DNA of 63,249 nucleotides, counting the filler, from Gonapodya sp. JEL0774 (Eukaryota): NCBI GenBank assembly GCA_027604505.1. It is 12 parts of 12 records of this genome, joined end to end, with 100 filler letters (N's around TTAATTAATTAA, not from the genome) between each part and the next. Parts side by side here need not be neighbours in the genome. Positions count along the whole stretch, not along the records: positions 37,018 to 42,191 come from JADIIX010000770.1; positions 42,292 to 47,460 come from JADIIX010000771.1; positions 47,561 to 52,726 come from JADIIX010000772.1; 9 more parts are not named here. The stretch is one strand, 5' to 3'. Positions 39,249 through 51,211 of this stretch are shown here, piece by piece. Position numbers and translations under genes: made by a program. A model generated the notes under the pieces. The model did no database searches. It had not been told where the DNA came from and worked only from the letters and a program-made list of their open reading frames with translations. Position 1 is the stretch's first letter; every line of letters starts with the position of its first letter.

Positions 39249-41438
39249 ATGTCATCCAGCAACATCAAGTTTGTGGGCGAGAGGCTGAAGAGGACAGGGA
39301 ACCTGGACGCGTGGATATTGGCCATTAGCATATTCGCGCGGCGGTATGGACTTTACGGGTACTTACTTGGTAATGTGCCGCAACCCACCACTGGAGATGA
39401 GGAGATTGCTCAGTGGGTGCAGAAGGACTTGACGGCGCAGCTTATCTTGGTCTCAGCCGTTGACGAGGAGCTATTAGCGGACATTCATGCATCTCTACCC
39501 TCCAATCTTGAGGAATCCACCGCGGCACTCACCTATTCAGCCATCCTTCAGACGTTCCGTCCGAACATTGCCACCCATGCCATCGCACTTCACCGTCACC
39601 TTGCCAACCGTCGTCTCCAAGCGGATGAGAAGATCCTGAGCTTGTGGGCAGACGTTACAAGCACGGCACGACAGTTGTGTACGATGGAGGGAAGGACGTG
39701 CGATGTGGGGGAGGTGATGAAGTGGATGGGGAGTGCATTGGGTGAGGATTACGATGCGCGGTTGGGTACAGCGGCAGCGATGCATCGGCAGAAGTCACTC
39801 ACCATGGAGGACTTTCGAATGCTACTGATTGAGCGAGAACAGGAGTTGGAGAGTCGAAATGGAACATTGGAGACTGAACATTCGTTCTCTGTGACCCATA
39901 ACTCACCTCGGTCCGGCGGCTCATCTCGTTCCACTTCCAAGCCTTTCCCCGGTACATGCTTCATATGTAACAAGCATGGTCACAAGGCGGCTGATTGTCC
40001 GCAAGGGAGCTCTCAGCGCGGTGGTGATGGGGAACGGAAGGGTGGTGGTGGTGGGAACAGAGATGGCGGGGACCATGGAAAGGGTGGAGGCAGGGGCAAA
40101 TCGGGGAAGGGAAAGGACAAGGAGGTGACATTTGTGAACACAATGGATCATTATGTCTTTCACCTTCCGGGACTGGGTCCCAGAACGATGGGAACTCACC
40201 AGCGTCGGTTGCGTTCCGAGCTGCTGTGGGACTCTGGTGCAACTCGGAGTATGTCTTGGGATCATCTTGACTTTTCGGACATTCGGCCTGTTGAGGGCAT
40301 TCAGGTGATGGCGCCTGGCGGGAAGCCATTGCAGGTGACGGGGATAGGGACACTCTCTGTCACGGCGGTAGATGAGATGGGGGAGACGAGTTCAAGTATT
40401 GAACCCACCAATTCACTTCTCGCCCCTGATCTCAACACCAAGGTTGTTGCTCACGCGGTATTTGCCAAGAAGGGATGCGAGATTCACGGGAGGGGACACG
40501 ACTTCGAAATCTGGAGAGGAAATTCAAAGGTGTGTGGCATTGAGAGAATGACGGACTCTGGTCTCTATCAGATTTGCAGTTATCTGACTCACCTTGAGAA
40601 AGTCCTGGAGGGTTCATCTCGCATTGTCAGCGTGCCAGATTACTGGGCGGTGAAGGAGGACAATGGTGATTGGGAGGATTTGGAGGCAGTCAGCCACTTG
40701 CGTAGACTTAGCAGCAAGGAAGATGGACGATCGATGGAGCATTTGGCGAGGTTGATGGCATTGACGACTCTCGGGGTTGATGTTGATAGTGGAAAGGTGC
40801 GGTCAGGTTCAGAGAAACTGTGCTTGGGAGTTGCGTTCAGTTCCGATTCCATGAACTCCTCTCGCAAGGAAAGCACTCACCTTCAGTTATCGACTCGACC
40901 AGCTCAATTCAGCAAAGGCTCCCGTCCTGATTCCTGGCCGGTGGACGGCTTGGTCGATGACTCAGTCTCCAACCACAACACCACGTCAGCATTCAGCTTC
41001 GGGGAGGAACTATTGGATCTGTGGAAGGACGTTCAGATTGGTGCGTATAGCACAGGAGATGTTCCAGTCTGGGGGAGTGTCTCGATGGTGGACTCAGGTG
41101 AAGACATTGGTGACAAGGCTGAACCCACCCCGCCACCTCTGCTCAAGGAGGACAGCAACTTGGATGTTGAGGACGATATCTTGAAGCGTCTGGAATGCGT
41201 TTTCGGTGCGCCTGTCACGATGCAGTCAATGGAAGGAAAATCGGAGTGTGGTGGTGTTGGGTCTCTAGACTTCAGTGTTCAGGCACCGGCGCTGTTGAGA
41301 TGGGTGTGTTTTGACATTTTGGATGGCTCCAGCGCCACGGGGAGTTGGAATGCGGGAATAATCAATGGAGCAAAATTACTTGCCATAAAATTCTCTACAA
41401 GTTTGTCCTTTGCATTTTCTTCTAGCATTATTTGTTAG
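39249..41438 (+). mobile_element. Ty1/copia gag-protease ORF, truncated (no integrase, RT or RNase H)
   Basis: Copia gag N-terminus NLDAW..LYGYLLG..WVQKD..A; zinc knuckle CFICNKHGHKAADC; protease WDSGATRSM..VTGIGT; GLYQI. Confidence 0.9.
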
Positions 41439-41578
41439 TGAGCTACACTACAGAACGTATGTAACTTGGTGCACACATTTGGGGACGGGGCTGTGGTCGT
41501 CAGATAAATTAGATTAAGCTTTTTCTGTACAGAGTGTTGGAATAATTGAATTGTAACCACTCAACAGGTTATGAGCCC
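41433..41578 (+). mobile_element. Short 5' LTR (41433-41566) and primer-binding site of a second copia (Ty5-type) element
   Basis: TGTTAG..TCAACA followed immediately by GGTTATGAGCCC, the half-tRNA-iMet PBS of Ty5/copia-type elements. Confidence 0.75.
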
Positions 41579-42291
41579 CGGCGCCCCAACGCGTCTAGGA
41601 GCTTTGGAACTCAAGGAATCAGTGGAAGAAAGTCCCTCTGGGTCTGCTGGTGGGAGTGCTGAGGACTGCGAAAATTGGAGATCACTCAACAACGGGCGGT
41701 TCCTTCAACACACCATTTTTTGGAGGTACTTACGCTTCTAATAAAGCTCAGATCGCCATTAGAACCGTTTGATTTGCTTCAAAATTGAAGGAGTTAGGGC
41801 AGTCAGTGCTCTCGTTTTATATCTCAGATTCTGGGATCATCTCTGGACCGATTTCAAACTTTGAGACACGTATCCGAGCTAAAATATTACAAGAAATCAA
41901 TTGTGCGTATCGGTTTTTTATTTGCTTGCCTCCTCGTTGATCGCAAGATAGAAAACCGAAATCTCAAACTTTGCAACCCCATTGTCTCAACAAGCACTAC
42001 TTTATTACAGGGAGTGCTTTGGCAGACATCTTGACTCATTAAGAAGTGTTTAAGTGCTGAATTTCAGCTGCATCAAAATTTTGGTGTTGGTGTGAATCTT
42101 GAAGGTGTTGACATTTCAGTGCTTGGGTCCTTCACCTGTTGGTCTGAAATGGATTATCATCTCTCTTCTAACACTTTTAAGAAGGTTGTGGNNNNNNNNN
42201 NNNNNNNNNNNNNNNNNNNNNNNNNNNNNNNNNNNTTAATTAATTAANNNNNNNNNNNNNNNNNNNNNNNNNNNNNNNNNNNNNNNNNNNN

Positions 42292-44317
42292 CCGACGTTC
42301 GCTCGAGAGCTGCTGAGGTCGACATCGCTGTGCGCCCCGCGGAGCTGGTGTGAACTTTTGCTACCAGTTTACGCTAGAAGACCATCGAACAGACTCTTGC
42401 TTGACCGGTGTTCGTGCTCTGACACCTTCGATCTTCTCCCCCACCGCTGCGCTCTGTCCTCCCACCGACCTAGTCACCAACCTCTTCCACACCTACACCC
42501 CAACCCTCACCCCCACCGGTTTTACCTCATCTCTCATCCGCAACCCTTCAGGACGCCCCGTGTACCTCGACATGCAGGCCACGACACCGATGGATCCCAG
42601 GGTTCTCGGGAAGATGATGCCATACTTGACAGAGCGGTTTGGTAATCCCCATAGCAGGACACATGAGTTTGGATGGGAGGGCGAAGGTGGTGTAGAGGAA
42701 GCGAGAGCGGTGAGTTTGGGAGGGGTGAGGAACGGGCTTGTACCTCAGAGGAGAAATGGTATTGTGATCAATCGCGAACGCGTCACCTTTTTCGGGAGGC
42801 GGAAAGCGGATATTTGTGTATTTCGTCATCGGTAACTGCCAAGGAAGCGAGTGGGAGTGACAGTTGCGAGACAGATCACTAGCAATCTGGGTGTTGACCT
42901 GCACCATCCGCATCCAGCACATTGCCCACCTGATCTCCGCCGACCCCAAAGAAATTATTTTTACTTCTGGTGCCACCGAATCCAACAATCTCGCCATCAA
43001 GGGATGTGCACGGTTCTACAAGGGGAAGAAGCGGCATGTCATCACCACCCAGACAGAACACAAGTGTGTGCTGGACAGTTGTAGGCAGTTGCAGGAGGAG
43101 GGGTTTGATGTGACGTACTTACCGGTCGGGACGGGGGGATTGGTGGATCTCGACGTGAGTGGATCGTGGTGGTCTGCACTCGGCGAAACCGTGGACTCAT
43201 TGTCTCTCTTACATTCAACATCTGGGCCGAATCCACAACTCAGACCCTTCGTGCGGCCATCCGTCCGGACACGGTCTTGGTCTCCATCATGGCAGTCAAC
43301 AACGAGATAGGTGTGGTGCAGCCTCTTGAGGAGATCGGAAAGATATGCAAAGAACACAAAGTGTTTTTGTGAGTTTAAGTACTTGGGAGATAGATCGAGT
43401 TGCTTGAGAGGTTTTGCTTTACAAACTTTCCACTGCCTCCGCCAACCGCTTCCTACCACGCACTTCATATTCACCGATTCCAACCTCAGCCATACCGATG
43501 CTGCTCAAGCAATTGGCAAGATCCCCTTCTCCGTCGTCACCACGCAAGCCGACCTCGTCTCCATCTCTGGTCACAAACTGTACGGTCCCAAAGGAATCGG
43601 TGCGCTGTACGTGAGACGGAGACCCAGGGTACGGTTGGAGCCCATTATCAGCGGTGGAGGGCAGGAGCGAGGTTTGAGGAGTGGAACAGTTCCGGTGCCG
43701 TTAGTGGTGGGGTTGGGTGAGGCCTGTCGGATTGCAGAGAGGGAGATGGAGGTCAGTAAAATGTGACCTAAAATCGACGAGATGACAGGTTCTTAATTCT
43801 TGATGCTTTGTAGTTCGACTCTGCCCGGATCTCGCGCCTGTCGGAACGTCTCATCCACGGCCTCACATCTGCGGTCCCACACGTCCTCCGGAACGGTGAC
43901 GCATCTCGCAGCTACCCAGGTTGCGTGAACCTCTCCTTCGCATACGTCGAGGGCGAATCTCTGCTCATGGCACTCAAAGATATTGCTCTCTCCTCTGGTT
44001 CCGCCTGTACCAGCGCGAGCTTGGAGCCGAGCTACGTACTCCGGGCACTTGGAACAGACGAGGATATCGCACACAGTAGTATCAGATTTGGAATCGGAAG
44101 ATACACGACCGAGGAGGAGGTGGATTACGTCGTGAGGCGTGTTAGTGAGGTAGTCGGAAGGTTGAGAGAGATGAGCCCCTTATGGGAGATGGTTCAGGAG
44201 GGGGTGGACATTAAGAGCATTCAGGTGAGTGATTCTTACGAATCCCAATGCAGGTAGGCGTCTGTCAGACCTGAATATTCCTCTGGCCTTCCACAATTAT
44301 AGTGGACACAGCACTGA
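42292..44317 (+). CDS. NFS1: Mitochondrial cysteine desulfurase (5' end at or off contig edge)
   Basis: [68 protein letters not shown], ends IQWTQH. Confidence 0.97.
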
Positions 44318-44744
44318 TCACCGCTGGCATCGCATTGGCATACAAGCTTTAAATTTCGTGACGGCACGAAAGCGGGTGCAGAATCGCATAACCTGATGTG
44401 CCGTGTACCTGCTACTGATAGATTGTGTATCTTGAGCCGGAGCGGGTTCCATGTAGTTTTGAGTTGGATTGTTCTTTGCAATACAAATATCCTTTTGACT
44501 AGTCTGACAGTAAACATCTTGGCTTCCAAGGCCAAATTGTAAATTGTAGGGGCGACCAAATTAGTCTCCATCGTATTACTGAACAAGCTACCCCACTCCC
44601 GGCGGCGGCAGTCTTCTAAAACAACCCCGAGCATGATACTACCATAATGAGCCACGAAACACTCAGTTGAGTCGGCAGTCCAAACTCGACACACTCCTAA
44701 TGGGCTTTCGATCATTCCACTAGACTCCAGACGATCCATCAATA

Positions 44745-45377
44745 TCAAGTGTCTGTGATGTTCTTAACACTTGGGCACACAGCCACCGTTGCACAAGTCT
44801 CGGACGATGTACTGTACGCGATGTTGCCGGGGCTTCCTGGATAGCAGTTCAGGATTGCCGTTTCAGCAGCCACCATGCATGAAGTGCTCATGCAGGAGGC
44901 TGTGGCAATCACATCCTTATATGTTTTGGAGAGATAATCCTTCTGTAAGTCGACTCCCCAATATGGTCCTCCCTGGCCTGTGACTGCGTTTGTGTACATG
45001 CAGAAAACCCTGCCATCCACATATTGTACGTTGAAATCGTCGCATTCATACTTTACTGAGCCGGGTCCGGAGCCGCGAGGAAGATAAATCGGTTGATTTT
45101 CAAAGATGATGTCAGGACTAGCCGAAGGGCTCCAGTGTTTGAATTGAAAGAATCTGGTAGACTGAGCGTTGTTGGACTTGTCCACACAGGACGCCAGAAT
45201 GTACAGCCATATCTCCTGCCTGTCACAGCAAGCAGAGAGACAGAGTGTGAACCACACCACGAGTGAGAGGAAGTACGTTGTTTTCTTTGGTGTTCAGATT
45301 TTTGTAAGGAATATGAGCGAGCGAGCAGGTTGGAATGGGTCCTTGCGGGAGGAAAGGCGTACCTTAAAATGAGCCAT
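44745..45377 (-). CDS. Small secreted cysteine-rich protein
   Basis: MAHFK-intron-KTTYFLSLVVWFTLCLSACC signal-like N-terminus; 8 Cys in the ~160-aa mature part. Confidence 0.6.
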
Positions 45378-47626
45378 CGCGATGGGAACGGAGCAGTATA
45401 GGTGTCGGGAAGTCGGACTTGATTGCTATGTTCAAACCGAGACTATAGTCAAGAAACGGTGCGATTTCAGTTCAGCGTTCCCCACGGCAACAATAATAAT
45501 ACCAATCCGTCGCATTGAGTCCTCTGACGGACGACGGTTCAGCCAGCAAGCCCAGATTAGAAAACCGGTGTTTCCGGAGCCGGCAACCACCAACCCGGTG
45601 TGGCACGAGTGCCGAATCAGGGGGAGGGGAGGTGAAAAATCGTTCGGACTCATGCGCCGGGGGAAGATGCGCCGCCCACCGTTCGCGAGCGGAGGTGTCT
45701 AGTGTACCATGATTCACATCCGTGATGGAAGAATACGGTAGGTCCGATGGATGGTCGAGCAGTATACGTGTCCCGCAGTTCGTGTCGGCGCTCATGAGCG
45801 GCATATACGACGCACCCGAGAGCGGAATCCTCCGAGAGGGGAACAAAAAATGCACACACAGGGAAAGAAGAAGGGGCCGCCAACCAGTAAACGAGAGCCG
45901 CAAGACGCACGCGAGCAGCGGGAGGGCAGCGATCAGTTCTACCAAGTAGTCGTACTTGCAGTGCAAGTAGTGTCACACTTAAATTTGTACGAGTCGTCCT
46001 GTTACTCTCCCACAAATATACTCGATTCGATGATCACAATCTACTAGCAGTCAATAAAACGGCTGGATGGCTGCTGTTGTAAATCGAGTTAGTTTGGGAC
46101 TTACACGTGCACCGGCGTGGGTTGAGAAGGTTGTAGGTTCGAAAGGTTTCTAGCACAAGAAAGGATGTGACCTCTCCTGCACGGCGTAAAAGAAGTTGGA
46201 TGTTGTTGTATTCAGAATGCTTTGGGAGTTTGTGGGCGTGTGAAGATTGCGAGTGTCCGTGCTTGATGTCTGTGTCGTTGTCTATTGTATCTCTGCTGTT
46301 GGTTTGAGCTGACATGTCACCAGCCACTTCTCCCTACTCTTCTTTTACCACTCCAGCAAGGCTCGAGACTTCCTCCACTGCCGACTCTCGAACTCACCTC
46401 GCCACCTTCGCTTCGCCGAGCTGTGTCATCAACTCCACGCTTGCTGTGTCAAGCATATACAATTGACGCTCGATCTGAAGATCACCAAAGAACGAGCCCC
46501 TCATAAACTGGACCTACCGCGGAGATTGGTGGTGAGTATATTGTCTGGCAATGTGACGAGACGTGTTAGAACCCAGTCAGGTATATGATCTATCACATTA
46601 CCTGCGAGTCCTCCCTGTCAACGGTAGTGTCTAAGCCGACCTCCCACGTCATTTCACTCCATCACCCTCTCGCAGCACGGCTTCCCGTCTTAGCGGTGTC
46701 TTAACTAGCGCCGCCCCCACTCGTCTCCACACACATACACATATGCGTGCATGGAGACCCCGAGTGGACCGAGTCGCGGAGACATGGAAAATCAGGTGTC
46801 AGGTGAGTGGATTGTAGAAACGGTAAAATAGAAACCGGTGGTGTGCAAGGAGCTGTCGTTGGCCGTGCCTGAGTTGTGGTGGCACCAGCGCCACGTCGTC
46901 CTTGGCACCTGTTTCGAGAGCTCCGGACGCTCAACACACAAGAACAGCGCCGATCGCGCAACTAGCTGTACAGAATAAACGTCTTTTATACACACACTGT
47001 TATGCAGTACAATAGACCGTGTTTGGAAGGGAACGCACAGTGCCTCATACCCGGTCTCCTTTCCTCACGTCCGCAATAGGAAGAAAATCCGACTTCGCGA
47101 CCAATCCATTGATAATCGCTCCACAAGTTCAGAGACTTGCTATTCTACTTTAGACTACTTGTAGTGACAGCAGGATTGGACTGGAAAGCGGCGGGTTTAG
47201 GGGAATCGTGACGCCATCCATCCGACTCAGCTCGCTCAGTTTCTCAAACTGTTCACCGGATGTGATCGCATGGCGCCTTTCTCTTCCTCCTGTTGAATAT
47301 TGGGATTTTCTCGTTGATCTTCATTTCTGAACGTCACCAGCAACTCTCCATCGTATTATTTCATCGGAATCAGAATTTGGACGATGTCTGCGATCTTGGA
47401 CTTCTTCAACAACATCGCCAACGCGCTCGGTTTTGGATCTTCTTCCTCGTCTACCACCACNNNNNNNNNNNNNNNNNNNNNNNNNNNNNNNNNNNNNNNN
47501 NNNNTTAATTAATTAANNNNNNNNNNNNNNNNNNNNNNNNNNNNNNNNNNNNNNNNNNNNTGTTTGTATGTATTGATGTCATAATTTAAGGGCGGCCTCC
47601 CACAGGCACTTCACACGCCGTCTGTC

Positions 47627-49539
47627 TTAGTCGTCATTCTCACCTCCATCTTCCTCGTTGTTATCTTCGTCTCCGTCGTCATCCTCGTCGCAGTCTTGGT
47701 CCTCTTCTCCGTCGTCATCGTCGTCTCCGTCGCCGTTGTCTTTGTCATCATCGTCCTCGTTCTCGTCGTCGTTCTCGTCGTCGTCGTCGTCATCGTCCTC
47801 GTTCTCGTCATCGTCGTCCTCGTCCTCGTCCTCGTCGTCGTTGTCGTCGTCGACATCGCCCTCGTTATCGTCGTCCTCGTCATCGTCTTCCTCGTCATCG
47901 TCTTCCTCGTCATCGTCTTCCTCGTCATCGTCCTCGTCGTCCTCGTCCTCGGTTCCGTCGGTGTCCTCAACTTCGTTGACGTACTCGCATCCATCCCCAT
48001 CTAAATCAAGCCAAATTGTCTTCCCAGAGTTCCAATGCATATTCCTTTGCAAAGCTTTAACCATCCTCCGTCTCAATGACTGTTTTTTAGAGGAAGTCAA
48101 TCCCAGCTCCTTCACAATCGCACTCATAGGCGCCCACTTTCTCGTCCATGCATGGTACATGTCATCCACAAACTCGCTATACCTGTTGAGAGGCACCCCG
48201 TGTCTGCCCCAGAGGTACTCGGCCACTGCCACCTCCATTGGCAATTCCAGACATACACGTGAAGTATGTTGGGCAAGCTTAGAGAGCAAAGGAGGCATAA
48301 TGTCCCGTACACTGATGAACGCCTCGGCATCCAAAATGCCAGCGACTTCACCCAGACTTCTCCAAGCGTCCCTTGTGTGAACCGCCCAAAGCCCCATAAA
48401 TGTCCACATCATCTGTGTCGCTTTGACCTTCAAACTCTCGGACCCGGAAGAATGCATGCCCTTCCTAATGGCCACCAGCGCATCCCCTTTGGAGAATGAA
48501 CCTCGTCCGTCACTCATACCCCACATGTAGCGCCAATCAAAGCGGAGGCGGGAGTCGCTATACATGAGATTGGCTAGCAGATTGTAGCTTTTCGCGATTA
48601 TTTTAAACTTGTTAAGAGACTCACGGTACTGCGCGCAGTACCAATCGATAACCCAGAAGATGTCCCTCGGAGTGATACTTCCAGATTCCGCAAGTTGTTT
48701 CCAGGGCAATCCGTCACGCCAATCATCGTCCTTCCACGAAACCAAGTTGAGGAGCATAATTTCACGGGGGAGCTGCGCTTGTATAAGTCTTTTGTCGAAA
48801 AGCTCGTCTGCGCTCCAACTGACAGGGAGCATTGAAAAAGCATTCACGCAGCTGATTCGATAGAGCTGCTCGAGAAAACTGTCCCAATCGCCCTGCGTGA
48901 ACTGTTCTGGTGGTGGTGGTGGTGGTGATGGTTCTCGTGGTTCAGCCAACGGTGGGTGGAACTCAGATCGATGAATGGCGGACAACTTTGACTAGTTTGC
49001 AGGGTGCGCGAAGGGGAATGACCAAGCAGCAACATTGACGATATCATTGTGGCACACCATTAACATGAACTCACATGGTTTCGAAGATCCTCCTGGATGG
49101 AGTCGCTAAATGCTTTAGAGTCCTCATCCCGACCGGCAAACGCTCGTCGCAGAGTCCGAACGATCTCTGGGCGATGTGAAAACCCAAGATGAGCCACAAT
49201 CATGGCCGATGTGTGCCCACTGAGTCTCGGGGCGGTTCCGATGATGTCGGCCAAGGTGACAAAGTCGCCATCCAGCCCCATCTCTCGAAGCTTCTCTTTC
49301 ATGAAGTCGATCCCATACACCTTGGAGCAGAGAAAAAATCCATCTCGAAGTTCCCGTGGCTCCTTGTTGTGGAGGCAAGCTCGGATGAATCGGAAGAGAC
49401 AGGTCGCGTGGACTTGATCTTTCCATGCATTAGAGACCGATCGGAGTCGCCAGAGCTGCGACAATCGGAGGCGGTACAGGATATGAGTTTGTATAATTCC
49501 ATCCATTTCAGTTAGAGCTTGGGCGGGCGTGCGGGACAT
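47627..49539 (-). CDS. F-box-like protein with long poly-Asp/Glu tail (2 exons, intron ~49074-48992)
   Basis: ILYRLRLSQLWRLRSVSNAWKDQV F-box-like motif; GTGAGT..CTAG intron joins RNH to SKLSAIH; acidic tail of over 100 aa. Confidence 0.7.
47630..47965 (-). repeat. Degenerate GAC/GAG/GAT trinucleotide repeat coding the acidic tail
   Basis: Includes 15-nt TCATCGTCTTCCTCG x3 near 47880-47924. Confidence 0.9.
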
Positions 49540-49930
49540 CGTGGTGGATGGAAACGATCGCCCAGTATGTACGTTCATTTGAAACGTCGCAATGCCGTGA
49601 TCATGAAAAAGTTGCGACAATCCCTCCAAGACTCCCCTTAAAACTGATTAGTCTTTTGGAAATTAGAAATAGTTGTGATAGTTTTAGTTATTGTCTACGA
49701 GCAGGATCACGGTATCAACTTGTCGAGATTAGATTCTCCAGACCTATAAACGAGTGGGAGACAGGTCGAGTCAGAGGATGATCCGCAGGGCGTACTGTCG
49801 TTTCTTGAATATGCTGCTCTTGGCAGCTTTGCTTATGACGAACGATGGTATTGATTTCAATATAATTTCAGAGGCCGAATATTGGCGCATGTAATTGTAC
49901 CTACCACAGGTACTTCACACGCAGTCTGTC

Positions 49931-50909
49931 TTAGTCGTCATCCTCGTCTCCATCTTCCTCCTTGTAATCTTTAGGGTTAGCTGTCGTCCACGTCGCTGTC
50001 GTCGCACTCATCTATGTCGTCGTCCTCGTCTCCGTCGTCGTCTTCATCCTCGTCCTCCGTTCAGTCTTCGTCTTCATCCTCGTCCTCCGTTCGGTCTTCG
50101 TCCTCATCTCCGTTCTCATACTGGCCTCCCTCCCATTCTAAATCAAGCCGATCAATCAGATTGCCACCGCCAATCGCTAGATCTTTCCAACTCATTAACC
50201 ATATGACCTTTCAATGACTGTTTTTTAGACGCAGTCAATTCCAGCTCCTTCACAATCGCGCCCACAGGTGCCCAATTCCCCTGAAATGCCTCGACCATGT
50301 CTTTCACATAGTTATAACCACCTGGAGGCACACCATGTTTCCCCCAGAGATACTCCGCCACCGCTACGTGAGCTTGCAGTTGAAGACCAACTCCGCGAGT
50401 ATGTTTGGCCAACCTTGACAGCAAAGCAGGCATCACGTCTGTTATGGATATGATCGGCTGCTCGGGGTCAAAGCTGTCGGCGATAGCTCCAAGTTTCCTC
50501 CAGGCGTCCTTGTGTGGAATCTTTCCAAAAACTCCCACAGTATCTCTGTCACTTCAGATGTATCGTACCCAGTGTCCGCACTGGCAAGCACCGGCACTTC
50601 CTCTTGGAGGGCAAACGAACCCCTTTCATCACAAATCCTCCATCCATAATGCCACTCAAATTCAAACTCCACATGGGCCAACAGATCAAAGCTCCCCAAA
50701 ATTTCAGAATCATCATCCAGATACCGACAATCGAAATCGGTACAGGACATAATTTTACATAACTTCGTCTGTTTCAGCAAGAGTTTGGGCGGGTGAGTGG
50801 GACATCTTAGCAGATCTAAAAGATTGCTCCGATCGTCCGCCATCACGACCGGTTTATACTCTTGTACCATTCTTGTGTAACCCCCCCTCACCCGTACAGC
50901 TCCCACCAC
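49931..50909 (-). pseudogene. Frameshifted tandem paralog of the 47627-49539 gene
   Basis: VAVAEYLWGKHGVP..WAPVGAIVKELELTASKKQSL matches VAVAEYLWGRHGVP..WAPMSAIVKELGLTSSKKQSL; 1-nt deletion near 50510; shared stop and 3' flank. Confidence 0.8.
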
Positions 50910-51211
50910 TCTATCCTGTACTGCCGCTCACAGCCTCGTCATCGCTTTCCAAGCCTTCACCTCATGATTTCGCAGCAATTATCGTAACTGAAATGTGTTG
51001 AAGCGATGCCTACCCCGGCCTGCATGTTCTGGAAGTACACGATGGATGACTTGTGGCATATTACATCAATGTATAATGCTGCGGGAAGAATTCAAATCCT
51101 TTGTGTATCTGTTGTTCGAAGTTGTTTACCCGCGCGTTTGAACAAATTCAAACGCCGGATTATTTCGACTCTTGCCTTCCAATCCATCACCCATCGTGCA
51201 AACAGCTTGAC

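Noticed and set aside
42292..44317. NFS1 with the Rieske gene as an Fe-S gene cluster
   Set aside because: They lie on different contigs; co-occurrence is artificial.
46075..46995. Possible LTRs starting TGTTGTA (46075) or TGTTAG (46564)
   Set aside because: No matching terminus with a TSD or PBS found.
47383..47460. Possible gene start MSAILDFFNNIANALGFGSSSS
   Set aside because: Too short at the contig edge to support a call.
47611..48380. Poly-Ser, poly-Val and poly-Thr ORFs
   Set aside because: Shadow frames of the Asp/Glu-coding repeat.
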